A DNA stretch of 54,355 bases, filler included, from Basidiobolus ranarum (GCA_040143965.1; 4 parts of 4 records of this genome joined end to end with filler, not necessarily neighbours in it); one strand, 5' to 3'; positions 36,239 to 49,200 are shown, counted from the first letter of the whole stretch. Translations and numbers: made by a program. The notes: generated by a model from the letters alone, not told the origin.

Positions 36239-37607
36239 CTTGAATGATATATAAGTAAAGTGAAGGTAAAACTAGAATAAAACTACAATGCCAGTTAAGA
36301 TGTATGCTCAACTTAAAGGGTTAGTGCTGTGTATTTATACTTTTCATAAAAAAAATAATTAGTCAGCATCAATGCCAAGGATTACTAATTCGAATTATAG
36401 AGGTATATGATTGGATAGATAGACAGATACATGAGTGAGTCAAGAATCAGCTGCACTCTTGGCAATGAAATATCATTGGATATGATTCATATGACTCATG
36501 TTGACTTGTATCTTCACAGATGAAGACTTAGCAATATATATTGATTGGATAATGATCATGTGACAGCTCACATGATTTGATAGAAGATATATCAGTAGAT
36601 AGATGCTCATATGCCCAGTCATAAGATAAGGTCATGTGACTTATCTGCAGTAAAGATTAACTTAACAAGCAACTATACAATCTGAGTAGAGATAGTATAA
36701 GTCATGCTACTTTATTTGTTGATCAACATTGGTAATTTATAACACTAGTTGTAAAATTGAATATTAAACAATAGGATCCTATGCTTGTTTATATCCTTAA
36801 TTGAACTAATCATATACATAAGTAAGCTGCATAAAGCTCTTACAAGTTAAGAAACTTAAAATGCCAATACATACTTATTAGTGCAGAGGGCAAATATTCT
36901 CTGTAACTCATTCTGCTGGCATCCATTTACTTATATCAAATACCTTGTTATTAATCCGATTGAAGCAAGTAGGCTTTAAAAGTAACTTTGCTTGATTAGT
37001 CATCAAATAAAGCTCAATTAGAATGGTTGTTAATATACTGTGATGAAGCGTGAAAATGTTCCACCAATCCATTGGTTCGCCTAGAAGAATATTGATAATA
37101 TATTTAGGACAATTATTGTGTGGGTTTATTCAAGAATAAACTATACACTTTGGATAGTAAACCTACATAGTGTTGAATAAACTCCGACAGTTACGCAATA
37201 GTATTGTGACACCTTGATAAGCAAAGATAGACGGCGAAATAGTTGTTATAATCTAAGGGTGGATGATGCTATCGTAGAAATAGATTCAACCATGGCCATA
37301 ACAGGAAGTACGAGCACTTGAGTGGGTACTGACCCTAACCCTGGTTGGCTTAACTCAATCATATATATTGACACCATAAATAGAACCTCTTGTATCCCTA
37401 TAAATACTTACATGATAATTCTGGTAATACTTCCGATACACTCGACCATAGAGTCAGCTGTGATTTGTCATTTCATCGTCACACTAGCTAAACTTAGGTG
37501 CACTTCAGTTTCGCCAAGTCGTCTCAAGCGAATGTAAACAGCATAATATAAAAGACTAAGGAAGACGTCGTGTATCCAGATTTTTTCTTGGAAACTGCTA
37601 CTCTACT

Positions 37608-38822
37608 ATGAGTGATCAGGAAGAGTATTATGTGGACTCCTCGACCACTTCACACAGCTTACTTTCTCACAATGGAAGTGAAAGTAAGCGTGTGCTCAAA
37701 TATCCTCGACTTAAAACCAGACTTCTCATTCTATTCTTGGTGATAGTCATATGTTGTACTCTAACATGGGTTTTCTTTACCTCACACTCGTCAGTCAAAT
37801 ATGAGCCTTGGTTCCACTCAACCGAGGTACTACAGTTTAGAAACACATATCCCCCCAAGGAGTATTCGCTTGAGACTCCCTCCCTGACCTATATGCTCCA
37901 AAGTTGTCAATCCGGATTTGGAAGCTTTGTGAACAACTTTTTAAATGTGTTCTTACTTGCATTAGATAACAACATAGCATTCCATCTCCAATCCTTAGAC
38001 TGGTGTTATGTATCCTGGCTTACCTTTTTCGAAGACTTCTCGAGTAATTCACAATCCCCTATTACTCTCGACCGGTTTAACATGACTGGTGAGCGTTGGC
38101 GCTCCCCCTCAGGGTCTTTCGGAGAGATAGATTCCCCTGATTTCAATGGACATATATTTATCAACCACGGAGCAGACAACTTTCAAGAGTATCGGAATAT
38201 TTGGATGAAAAAAATTTCTGATCCCGTTCTCGAAAGGAAAAGAATAGTAGCTCAAGCCTTATGGGACCCCAAGCCAGTTATCAAAAAGGTGGTGGTAGAT
38301 ATACGAAAGCACTTTGTAGAAGAACAGAAGAAAGTGTTTATATCAATGCACATACGTCGTGGAGATAAGATTGGTCTTGAAATGGGAGCAATAACGACAT
38401 CGTCCTACGCTGATGTATTACTTGACATATACAACACTAAATACTCTGGAAGAAATGTGGCCCTCTTCGTTTTCTCCGACGATGATAAAGCAGTGGAAGA
38501 ACTAAGACACCTGTTAGCTGAGTACATCGACATTGAGATATTTATATTATCTGATGCCTTCAGACATGTACCTGACCTTCCAATGGAATGGAGACCACTG
38601 ACCCAACGACAAGGATATGATCAGAATGTCTATCGAGAGACAGATCTGGATAATCGATACCGTTTAACTGCGGAGATAATTACTGATATGACCTTAGCAG
38701 CCACAGCAGATGAATTCATCTGCACATTTAGCTCCAACATTGGTCGTTTAGTTACTCTACTTCGGAACCAACCATTAGATACTGTGTATAGCTTAGACAA
38801 ACCAGATTGGGATTATGATTAA
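37608..38822 (+). CDS. Type II membrane glycosyltransferase, alpha-1,6-fucosyltransferase (GT23/FUT8)-like
   Basis: Short cytosolic tail plus TM helix; SGFGS, MHIRRGDK..E (motif I), FVFSDD (motif II), D..LAATADEFICTFSSNIGRL (motif III). Intronless, 404 aa. Confidence 0.88.
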   Translation: MSDQEEYYVDSSTTSHSLLSHNGSESKRVLKYPRLKTRLLILFLVIVICCTLTWVFFTSHSSVKYEPWFHSTEVLQFRNTYPPKEYSLETPSLTYMLQSCQSGFGSFVNNFLNVFLLALDNNIAFHLQSLDWCYVSWLTFFEDFSSNSQSPITLDRFNMTGERWRSPSGSFGEIDSPDFNGHIFINHGADNFQEYRNIWMKKISDPVLERKRIVAQALWDPKPVIKKVVVDIRKHFVEEQKKVFISMHIRRGDKIGLEMGAITTSSYADVLLDIYNTKYSGRNVALFVFSDDDKAVEELRHLLAEYIDIEIFILSDAFRHVPDLPMEWRPLTQRQGYDQNVYRETDLDNRYRLTAEIITDMTLAATADEFICTFSSNIGRLVTLLRNQPLDTVYSLDKPDWDYD

Positions 38823-38884
38823 CTTCTAGGGATGATTTTCATATGATCGTTTTCATATTAGCCTGAAACGGAGGTATTACCACC

Positions 38885-39727
38885 TTAGTCATAAGTGAGA
38901 TAACTGCAAGCCATAAATGAGAAATGATTTACCAATGTATAAATTGTGACCTTCAATTGTATATTGTATCTACTGATGTGCATGCTTAATAGTTGAATTG
39001 TATTAGTTTTAGAAGTGAGATTAACTTCGACTGATTCTCTTGTTCCGATGATTTGACAATCATCTGTAGTAATGGCAGGGCGGTAGAGACATGATACTAG
39101 CATAGTGTTCAAGACGAAGCTAGTAGAATGCATGAAAAATAAGCCAACTCTTGTACTCTCTCACTAGTTAAAGTGCTTATTAATATTAAGTATCAAACCG
39201 AGCCAAAAGTGGAGGCTGAAAAGGAATCTACTAAACCGGCAGGTAGGTGAGAAGTAAAATAGTTTAAAAACTCCATCCAATTCAAGAGTTAAGCAGTATA
39301 TTTCAAGTTTTTTATGTAATAATGGAGCCAGAGCAAAATAATCGGCTTGAAACTCCAGTCTAGAATTCTCATTTAACGGATAGGGCGAATAGTTCAGCTG
39401 AAAGTTAACCAGCATAAGTAGAGGAATCGCAACTTGAAGCACTTGTTCAAGATCAATCAAGTGAAGGTCGTTGTGGAATCTGACGTGAATATAATGCGGT
39501 CACAACATGAGCAATACTAGCGAAAGTCCAAATAAATACAACTTCAAGGGAGTATCAGTCAAATCATGCTCACAACGAATGAAGCGCTTTAAACCAGAGT
39601 CAGACAGAGAATTAAACTTTTGGAAACTGACAATCTTCTTCACTTTCAACTTCCGTCGGGGGTTTGAATATTGCTCAGTAACACCCAGATCATGCATTAG
39701 TAGATGATCGCTCAAACTGGTTAACAA
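38885..39727 (-). pseudogene. Relic reading frame, possibly the 5' part (ORF1/APE) of a non-LTR element
   Basis: Three listed ORFs (39500-39727, 39164-39460, 38885-39133) share one frame, about 280 codons with only 3 internal stops. RVGLFF and SCLYRPA weakly recall APE motifs GVAIY and IYRPP. Confidence 0.3.
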
Positions 39728-39915
39728 CGTGAAGGAGGGAATAAGAAAGAAAAGAATACGGACATGGTTTTCTCAAACCTATATATTTCCAATTATAACC
39801 AAAACCATTGATTAATTCGGTATAAGGTATTAAGGTAAAGTAAGTTTACTATCATTTGTTTAATACATAACGATTTTCATTGTTCTATTATATTAAATGT
39901 GGTATAAGGAGGAGG

Positions 39916-40078
39916 AAGGAGGCGGCGCATAGCGCTCACCTCCCACAAACAAAAATTTAACAGTCGAGACACCCCGAAGGATGTTCGCGTTAAGGACCCT
40001 GAGACGCTGTGCAATGCTCAAGTTCCAAAACGAAGAGCCCACCTTCATGATCGTAGACTCTCCCTGCCAGGTAAGTAT
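39916..40078 (-). ncRNA. U1: U1 spliceosomal snRNA
   Basis: 5' ATACTTACCTGG; stem-loop I GAGAGTCTAC-GATCATGAAG-GTGGGCTCTT (U1-70K site); ATTGCAC loop (U1A site); CATCC-TTCG-GGGTG hairpin; Sm site AAATTTTTG; terminal hairpin GGGAGGTGAGCGC...GCGCCGCCTCCT. About 163 nt. Confidence 0.97.
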
Positions 40079-40739
40079 GCTTGAACCTGGAATCGCAGGG
40101 CAACCTTTAAAGGTAAAGGGGGACTCATGCATATTGTGGGATCTAAGTAAATAATTTACAAATGAGTGACAAAAATAATCACCCTTTATGGCCGAAAAAG
40201 TGAATTCATTTCGATTATCCTATTTTCACTATCATGTTACCCAAATCTTCATATCAACAAATCACTGAAGTCAGTATACATTTGAAGAGTGAGACTGTCC
40301 AGACAGTTCTAATATTTCCATTGGTCATGTTGCAATCCGTTCTAAAGTGAAAATTATTTGGCATGCAGTGAAAAACCCAATACTAGATAGCTTGATGTTT
40401 CATGCTTGGGCTATTTCATTATAGCTATAGCCAAGCATTCTTCCAACACAGTAAAGTTAATGATACAACCATTATAGGCTTGAAGTATATAACTAGAAAT
40501 GTGATCTGTTTTACAGATGCTGAATCATTTGGATTGTGTATGAGCTGTAAGGAGTATAGATATTAGAAACCTCTTACTACTTATTACTCGGACATATATA
40601 AAGCTAGTATCCACAATAGCTGATATTAGTTGGCACATATCTGACACGATTAATATTCTTTTGATCCAAGCATTAAGTCAAAATAGTTTACAACCATTCT
40701 TTGTCATAATGACTGTTGTATTTGTGGTAATTTATTGGG

Positions 40740-40796
40740 CCAATCATACCATATTCTTGTTAAAGTATTTGGGAGCCTGTTGGAAGTGGTTTGGAG
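40740..40796 (+). mobile_element. Repeat family B fragment, copy 3 (cut by the contig end; may extend further left)
   Basis: ttgttaaagtatttgggagcctgttggaagtggttt matches 28145-28180 (LLKYLGACWKWF). Confidence 0.6.
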
Positions 40797-40896
40797 NNNN
40801 NNNNNNNNNNNNNNNNNNNNNNNNNNNNNNNNNNNNNNNNTTAATTAATTAANNNNNNNNNNNNNNNNNNNNNNNNNNNNNNNNNNNNNNNNNNNN
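40797..40896. other. Artificial contig spacer
   Basis: N44-TTAATTAATTAA-N44. Confidence 0.99.
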
Positions 40897-40902
40897 CTAC
40901 AG

Positions 40903-41390
40903 GAAACGGTAGTACACCTTTACACTATGCTTGCGCCAATGGTTGTATGCGGGCAGTTGTTCTTTTACTGAGCTATGGGGCATTTCCCGATATTCCAGAT
41001 AAATATGGTAGTACTCCTTTATCCATTGCCTTAGCTAAGAATTTTCACGACATCGCCCGGTTGCTACAAAACCATCCGGTAGAGTCCGTCCCTGATGATA
41101 GTGATATGTATGTTTCTCCACCACTCTCACCAATAGAATCAGAGTTTCCTTCCAAGCCAACTATTTCAGAAAACGCTGGAAGGAGAAAAGTACGTCGTGG
41201 AAGTATGCAAGATCTGCTGGACAGTGTCAGTCAGACTTTTGGACGTAATAAGGCTTTTAGATTGAGAAGTGGCTCAGACCCCGTAAAGTTATCTCCAGTT
41301 CAAGAAGAAGTAGAGGCTATCGGGTTTACTCCCTCAAGCAGACGAAGAAAATCCTCATTAGGCGCTATTGTTTCTGTCACTCATGTCTAA
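40903..41390 (+). CDS. Ankyrin-repeat protein, last exon (5' part missing)
   Basis: After ctacag: NGSTPLHYACANGCMRAVVLLLSYGAFPDIPDKYGSTPLSIA, then a disordered tail with RRGS/RRKS sites. Confidence 0.88.
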
Positions 41391-42425
41391 CAAATCAACC
41401 ACCTTTACTTGCTCTTCTATCGGTATATTCTCCTGTAAAGTCGGTTCATATGAAAAATGAGATGTAACCTAGTATATTCATATTCTTCTTTTGGACCATC
41501 TCTCTTTTGTGTAATATGCAAAACTTTTTTCTCTTGTGGATTCTTTTTATCCACTTACTTTGTTGTATACTTCTTTCTCTCTGGTCCTTCTATTCCACTT
41601 TCAATTTGTGTACTTAAACTCAATATCATCAACGTACGCCTACGTAGAGTCTTTATTTGTTAACAAAACGATATACCTGCCCTACACTCACACCCACTTT
41701 GATCACATACCTTTGACGACTGAGATACCATCAAAAACGACTGTGCTTACATGTTATTGCTACTCATTACTCTCTTCTACCCAACTGTGAATAAACCTTC
41801 CATTCATGATGTGGCCTAAGAACCAGCAAGTCTCAATGCGTCATCCAAAGCTAAATATAAAATATCCCTTAAAACAAAGGGTAAACGTATGTGATATATG
41901 TCATTGCATAGTTTAGTTGTTATCATCCAGTATTATTTGCTAATACTTAATACATATTCCCTAATAGCCGGGTTGGATCTTGTCCATTTATTCGCTCATT
42001 TTTTATCGTAGATTCTACTTCATTTCATTCTCAGTTTAGTCTGATCACCTGTAGTGAACTCTGAGTTTGAGGTCATCCGAGAAATATAAGCATATAAATA
42101 CGTTATGGCAATGTTCTTGGAACCAAAATATCAAACTAATCAATGTAAGGTGTTGCTTAGAATTCATCTGTAGGGATGCTTAAGGATAGTGTGCTATCAG
42201 TATTTGGCCATCTGTCGTGCCCTATGCAGGATCATTTCCTCTTTTGATAGTAATATGTCGTGATGTTGACTAGATATTCAATACTCACGTAGCCCATTAT
42301 TACACCTATAGGTTAGTTCTACATTCTGGTGTCGAAATAGTCAATAGAGTTCAAGAGTATAAAAGGCTACGAATGATGCATAGAAATCATTGCCAATTGC
42401 AATATCCTCATCCCCTTAGATTCAC

Positions 42426-43432
42426 ATGCTCTTGTCAACTATACATCTACAAGCTCTTTTTGCGATTACTCTTTCGGTAAACGTTCAGGGCATACCACCA
42501 GCTTTAAGAGTTTTACACCATAGCTCTGCAGCATCTTTCCTAAACGCAGTTTCTAATGTGATTATTGGAGAAAACGAAGCAATTGTCATTGATTCAGGAT
42601 TTACCAAGTCTGCGGCCTTGGATATGATCGCTTTCATCAAGAAGAATACCAACCTGCCAGTTACCAAAATATTCGCTACTCACGAACACCCCGATCACTA
42701 TTTTGGAGCCACTGAGTTCCTAAAGGTCTATCCTAACGCTTTGTTACTTGCATCTCCCAGAGTTGTCAATACTATGAAACAACATGTTCATGAAAAAGGT
42801 ACATTTTCACATCCCATTTGTTGTTGTTAATACCTCAGTTATTTAACTAGCCCATAGTGAATAAATGGACAAGTGTCTACGGCCCAGATGAAATTCCAAG
42901 ATCACCGAGAGTGGCTGGACCCTACAGACAAACCGAAATTACTCTCAAAGGGAATGAAAATGAACCGATTGAACTTTTGCAACCCTTACAAGGAGATGTC
43001 GAGGATGTCACGGTATATTGGATCCCATCTCAGAAGATACTTCTAGCTGGTGATCTAGTCTACTCAAGCAAAGAACATGTTTGGCTGGCTGAAGCGATGG
43101 GAGCCAAAAATAGGGAGAACTGGATACGTAGTTTAAAATGTAGGTGAATCGTGTGTGCTTTCTTTCCACCTGCGATGTTACTGATGTATCATTTAGATCT
43201 ACTTAGTCTGCAACCTCTCCAAGTGATTGGTGGGCATATACCAGGAACAGAGGAACCCAAGGTTTCGGACATCGATGCCTCAATAGAATATATAGAATAC
43301 TTTAATAGAAATGTTTACGGAAAGAACTACTCGGCTAAGGAAATATTTGATAAGATGAAGAGCAGGTTCCCTGACCGTGTGGGGCTGGCTAATTTGAATT
43401 ACACAGCAACAACCTATGGTAGAAAAGAATAA
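42426..43432 (+). CDS. Secreted metallo-beta-lactamase-fold hydrolase. Exons 42426-42798, 42858-43139, 43197-43432 (about 296 aa)
   Basis: Signal peptide, VIDSG, THEHPDHYFG (HxHxDH), LLAGD, IGGH. Two GT-AG introns restore one frame. TATAAAA near 42358. Confidence 0.9.
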
Positions 43433-44714
43433 GCTTAATAATTAAAAACATATCTCATTCAATATTGATGCTTTTTTATTCAAGTAACTATACAAACATT
43501 AACTTACCATACTCTGCCTTGTTCAGATGATTGTCACCCAACATGGTGTGATTTATGCTCTGTGTAGCCTACATCATGTCATTACCAAATAATCATAATT
43601 TATAACAGCGCGACATTCAAATTTTGATCTAAAATGGTAAGGCCAGAAATATAGCTTAGACTCCACGCACGCTTCTTTGTTTCGTGGTAAGATTTTCACT
43701 TGGAAATGCCCTTGTTCCCATAATTCTTGTACAATAGCACTATTAGAGTTGTCGAAGCCACCTGCTACGGCAATAGATTTAGTATATCGTTTTCATCTGA
43801 TTTCTACAAGACTTATTTAGAATGGTCGGGTAATGACTAAGAACTTATCATTGCTAATATTACTTGAGTTATTTGTTCACTGATTCTTACCAACCAAATA
43901 GGCCATTAAAGTAAGATCAGATCAACACTCACATGCCACCAGTTCTTTAGTATCAGTCAGAGTACTGCATGGAAAATGTATGGCAGTCACTCTTAGCATA
44001 TCTAATAGGATGAAATGTCAGAGTTTTGCATGATGTAGGGTTAGACTGCAATACTCGGCAATGTACCTTGATAATCACCATTGCCCGTGCTTAGGTTTAC
44101 ATATCTAATCATAGCCCATCCAAACTCGTATCTATATTGCTCGAGACCAATTATATGAGCTTAATCATGAATGAATGTACCAGTTGAGGGATCTGTATTT
44201 TATAATTTACAACCTCACAAAATGCTGTTCTCAGTTGTTCCTTTATCATCTATTTACTTAATTTCCTCCGTGTCAAGTTTACTACATTCAACACCCAACA
44301 TTAATGTTGATGTCCCTGTACGTTTCGTGGTGCGGCTTAAACATGTTTTTGGAAAAGTGCTACTAAATGTAGGTGATTTAACTCTGCATGAGGTTATCAA
44401 CGATGTTGCACAACGGAATTGTGTTGACACTATCAATGACCAAATCCCCATGTTCTCGTAACTTCTCATGCCAACTAGAGAGCATTAAAATATTAAAATA
44501 CCCATTTGTAATGGGAACATGTCGACCCCAGTACTCAATGGTAACATATTTACAATCCTTTATCTTGAACATAAATTTAGCCACGTAGTGATAGCAAAAA
44601 AATTATTATTAGTGAGGGACTAGGCGTTATGTAATTACTTCTTGAAAGGAACTAGATCCAAGTTCTTTATTATGTATATAGATTTAATACATGACTAGGT
44701 TATTTACATGCGTC

Positions 44715-46229
44715 CTACTTCTTGATTTCCTTCTTGGCATCGCTGGCCTTATCCTTGGCAACATTTTCGCCTTCGTTCTTAGCCTCTTCCTTAAGTGCCT
44801 TCAACTCTTTCAATTTCTTTTCAAGCAAGTCTTTTCCTTCCTTGACAGTGTCCTTTCCAACGCCCTTTTCAGCAATCTTTTGAATTTCAGAATAGGTATC
44901 GGTAATTATTTTGAACGCTTCGGGGCCCTTTTTCTCCGCAAGCGTTTTCATCTCTTCAATCCCTTCGTCCACGATTTTCTTTAACTCTGGAACTTTCTTT
45001 AATACTGGATTGGCAACATCTGCTGCCTTTTTCCAGGCTTCGTCACTGATTCCACTAAGTCCTTTGAGTTTTGATAGATTCTCCTCCACAAGTGTTTTGG
45101 CTTCTTTAAGACTTTTTTCATTAATACCCTTCTCAGATAGTTTCTTTAATTTGGCTATTAGATCTTGAGCCATTTCCTTAACTTGCGGTCCGTTTTTCTT
45201 GGCTGCATCTGCAAAAGAATCCTGTGCTTGTTCCAACATTTTTTTCACCTCCGGCATCTTATCAAGGACAGGTGTAGCCAAGAGTAAGCCCTTATCCCAG
45301 GCTACATCGCCAGCTTTTCCTAAGAGTTTTTTAGCTTCCTCCATCTTCTCTTTTATGAGTTTATTAATCTCCTCGACTGTATTTTCGTTAAATCCTTTAT
45401 CGAGAACCTTTTTGATATCAGCATAGGTTTTGGTCACCAACTCCTGAGCTTCTTCACCACCTTTTCCGGTAAGTGCCTTCAGCTCCTCGAGACTACCACC
45501 GACAGCCTCTTTAACTTGAGGAAAGGCGTTTAGGACTTGATCACCTACTTCACCCAAGATGTCCTTGCCTAGCTCCTGGATGCGACCCATTTTGTCTTTT
45601 ATAAGTTCATTAACTTTTTTAATTGACTCTTCATCCCAACCTTTAGCCGTGATTTTTGCTACTTCGTCGGAAGTTTCTTTCCAAATTTTCTCTATTTCTG
45701 GGCCATGCTTATCTTCTAGTTTTTGAAGTTGATCAAGTAAAGTCTGAGCACCAGGAACTGAGACCAAGAAAGGACCAGCAAAACTTTTGGCAGCATTTAC
45801 AACTACACCTGGAGGTGGAGCCTTTGCTTGAATATCTTGTACAGTCTGATATGCAGATTGAAACTTGTTCACCACATCCTTTGCGCCAGAGAAATAATAC
45901 CACCCGTAGCCTAATGAAGAGAATCAACATACATGGGGTTACATGGTGTGTTGATTGACCTAGCTCATATTAAAGATAAAGAATCTTACCACCAGCAACG
46001 ACCGCACTTCCACCAGCAAAACCAGAGAGTATTTGACTACAGTTGGATGTAGGTGCAGGAGGGGTTGTAGACTGATTTCAGCAAGTTAGTATGTGTTGTT
46101 AAATGCAAGATAATAAGCTTCATGCTTAGCACTCACAGAGGTTAGACGAGCGACACTCATGTTCGGCAAACGACCTTTGATAACAGAGGCTCTGAATAAC
46201 GAACGTGACATTGGTACGGAGCGATACAT
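44715..46229 (-). CDS. Helical-repeat (apolipophorin/LEA-like) protein with a probable mitochondrial presequence and one TM segment. Exons 46229-46137, 46071-45990, 45910-44715 (about 456 aa)
   Basis: Arg/Ser-rich, acid-free N-terminus MYRSVPMSRSLFRAS; GFAGGSAVVAGGYGWYYFSGA; four K/E-rich repeats. Both introns are GT-AG and in frame. Confidence 0.82.
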
Positions 46230-49200
46230 AATCGTATTGGAGGATTTAGCTTTGTGAAGTATGAGATGAAAGTAAGTTATTTGATTGTTGAGAAAGTGTA
46301 AGCAGAGCTAGTTATATGGATGTGACGTGGTACAGTAAACTGGATGATGTGGCTTACAAGAATCTCCGAATATGTGGTGGGATGTTCTTCTAGGGAGTAT
46401 GAATAAACATAACAGGAATCTACTGTAAGTACCAGGGTCCAAACTTTGAAATTAAATGTATGTCATGGTCCATTTTAGATGCCGTAATTCGCGTATCTGT
46501 ATTGGACATTAAGATAGTGTGAGAATTTTAAATTCGCTGGCTACTAAGACTTGTACGGTGAGTCTGTAGTTACTGCTGACAACTGCTTGATTTCAGAGCC
46601 CAGGAGGACTGCTTAGCTCTGCATTGGACGAAGGTGACGTACTACTTTCTGTAGGAAACACCTAACATTTCAGTGGATCTTCACTGCATTGGATGGCAAA
46701 TGATAGAGCTTTAATGACTGTTTATTAAGATGGCAAATGGCGGAACATGTTCAGAACTGTGGAAATGCAGGTCACAGTTCAAAATGTCTGTCAGTCATTG
46801 AGGAGAATGGTATCCCAACAAGCAACGTCATATCTGGCAAGCATCAATATTCACATGACACCCCAGCTAAGCCTCCATCAATATACGAACAATATGCATT
46901 TGTAGCTTTTAATTAGGTTGGTTTGGTATGGTATGCAGGTCGATAAGACATGCCCAGGTGCTTACGTACCACTCTATCTGAGAACAGATATTCACCGACA
47001 TTATGATGTCTATAATCCCGAGAAATCTCTAAACCACGATCACATTACAGGAGGTTGCCATGTAGTTTTGATTTTTGACGTGCTGTACAAAGTTGAATCA
47101 TGTGAATCGAGGAGCTTTCGTCAGAAGCTGAGTCACATTCAAATTACATTAGGCAAATGACGCATCCCATTTTAGCCGACTAGTCGTGACGTCTCAATTT
47201 CTGAACACTACCTGACTTGCTATATTTAGTTATTTTCACTAAGGAATGCCCGATCTTTATAGATTATGCTACTTTTGAGCAACATGCTGGCTAACTCCGT
47301 AAGGGCGTACTGCATTAATTTGAGAAGTGACACACACACCCCATATTCACTAACTCAGCCAGTAATTACAAGCCCTAATATCTACACACCGATGATTACA
47401 TTGAGAAAAGCAGTAACATCGCGAGAGAGGACTAACGCTAATCGGATGGACTCATACCTTTCATATGTAGATGTTGAAGAAATATAATACCAACAACTCC
47501 CGCATTTGATAGGTACGGCTGAGAGTATGGTTGATTTTCTTTTTTACCATGGAAGGTAAGCTCAAAAGTTCACCTGATACGTAGACTAGATGCGAAAAGT
47601 AGCATGGAAGTTTAGTAAACGACAATACTATTCGCCTTAGCATCTCGACTGTGGAATTACAGCAATTGGCGCTTCAACCGTCTAGTATCGTTTCTACTAG
47701 ATTCGCAACGACTAATCTATATAGTTGATACCTATCTGGACTAGAGATATTCGGCAAATTTGTCCTCCCAAACGCGTAGATCGTATCTTAGGAATAGCTC
47801 TGCATGTTGGCAAATAGTTTAATCTATCCCATCGTTGAATATAGTGTATAGCATCTGAATCCCCATGAAAGCGAGGTGCTTTTGAGTGACCAAAAGTGGG
47901 CTAGATTCTCAGAAAGGAGACTGTACGCAAGTCTACTAACGAATAACTACTATATATCATACACACGTATTGCTTTGTGTCAGTGGTACCGAGCGTCTGT
48001 GTAGCTGATGGGTAAACTAATGATGAGAAATATTAAGATTTAAGTTGGCAATGTCGTCATAGTATTTATCAATATAGATTTACCTATTTAGGAAGAGATT
48101 TCATTGTCTGATTTCCATTCAATGCTTAGTGCCCAAGTCATCTTACTAATGAGACAGTTCGCAGTAGGCACAAGATTGCCAAGTGAAATTGTCGACATAC
48201 TGTGGTCGACAGTCTCACAGAGAGGCATTTACCACTGTTTACTTTGCTGGATATCTAGTTGAACTCATTATCTAGTTCTTGCTTCTATTAGAGCACACTG
48301 TTCTGGAACACTTCCGTTACTGTAGTTGAGATGCGCTTCTATCGGCTAGAGAACATGTATTAAGGTGCTCTTCTATTGGCCATAGAATATTTATTTAGCG
48401 AGTTTAGAAAGCACAACGATGGCCCTCTTTTTGTAATGGTGAATCACTTGCTGACTAGCAGTTATAATGGTCTCCGCCTATTGAGTTAGTGTACACCTGG
48501 TGATCTATATGCCTATAGATTAATCAGTGGATGGATGAAATCTAGAGTAGCAGCGTCGTATATGCTCAGTATAATTTCTCACTTCACTTGATTGCTGTAG
48601 TATATGTGATAGGACTCATCATGCAGATGGAGGTTAATTTATATTTGATACATTAGAAATAGTAGTATTTTACCATTAGTAGACCAAAAATACCCGATTC
48701 TAGTTATAGAACTTACTAGAGTAGGAATTGCTACCTTAGGCAGGTAAGAGATGTATCCAGCCTGTACATACAGACCGTACTTGTTATTCTCTGAGAGATT
48801 TAAAGTAAACCTGGTAGGAAATGGTAATGAATATAGTGATTTTGCATGGAAATACTGCAGATAATATCCATTGTACTTCTACATTCCATGCGTAATTAAT
48901 CTACTTGAATACTATTCTCATATGACTTAGCGTCTCCATAGCGCAAAACCTTTGTAGCCTGGTTTATACTGAATTCATTTTACATGTGCAATCAACAGTG
49001 CTAAAATAGTATTCATGAATTGAATGGATTGCTACAAAAAAATGTTCATCTTATGGTGTTAGTATTTAGTAGTCCCATGAAGTGATCCTTACAGAATTAA
49101 TACTCCGTCCACTATTAATGCTGTGTCTGTTAACAAGCACTTGAGTGACACTTCGGTGGCAATCTAATGGTACCTCCAACTCCAATTTCCTCTCTTATCC

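Noticed and set aside
39893-40132. 79-aa ORF
   Set aside because: It overlies the U1 snRNA gene on the same strand; spurious.
44171-44588. Overlapping short ORFs that look like a decayed coding fragment
   Set aside because: No recognisable motif in any frame; a tBLASTx search would be needed.
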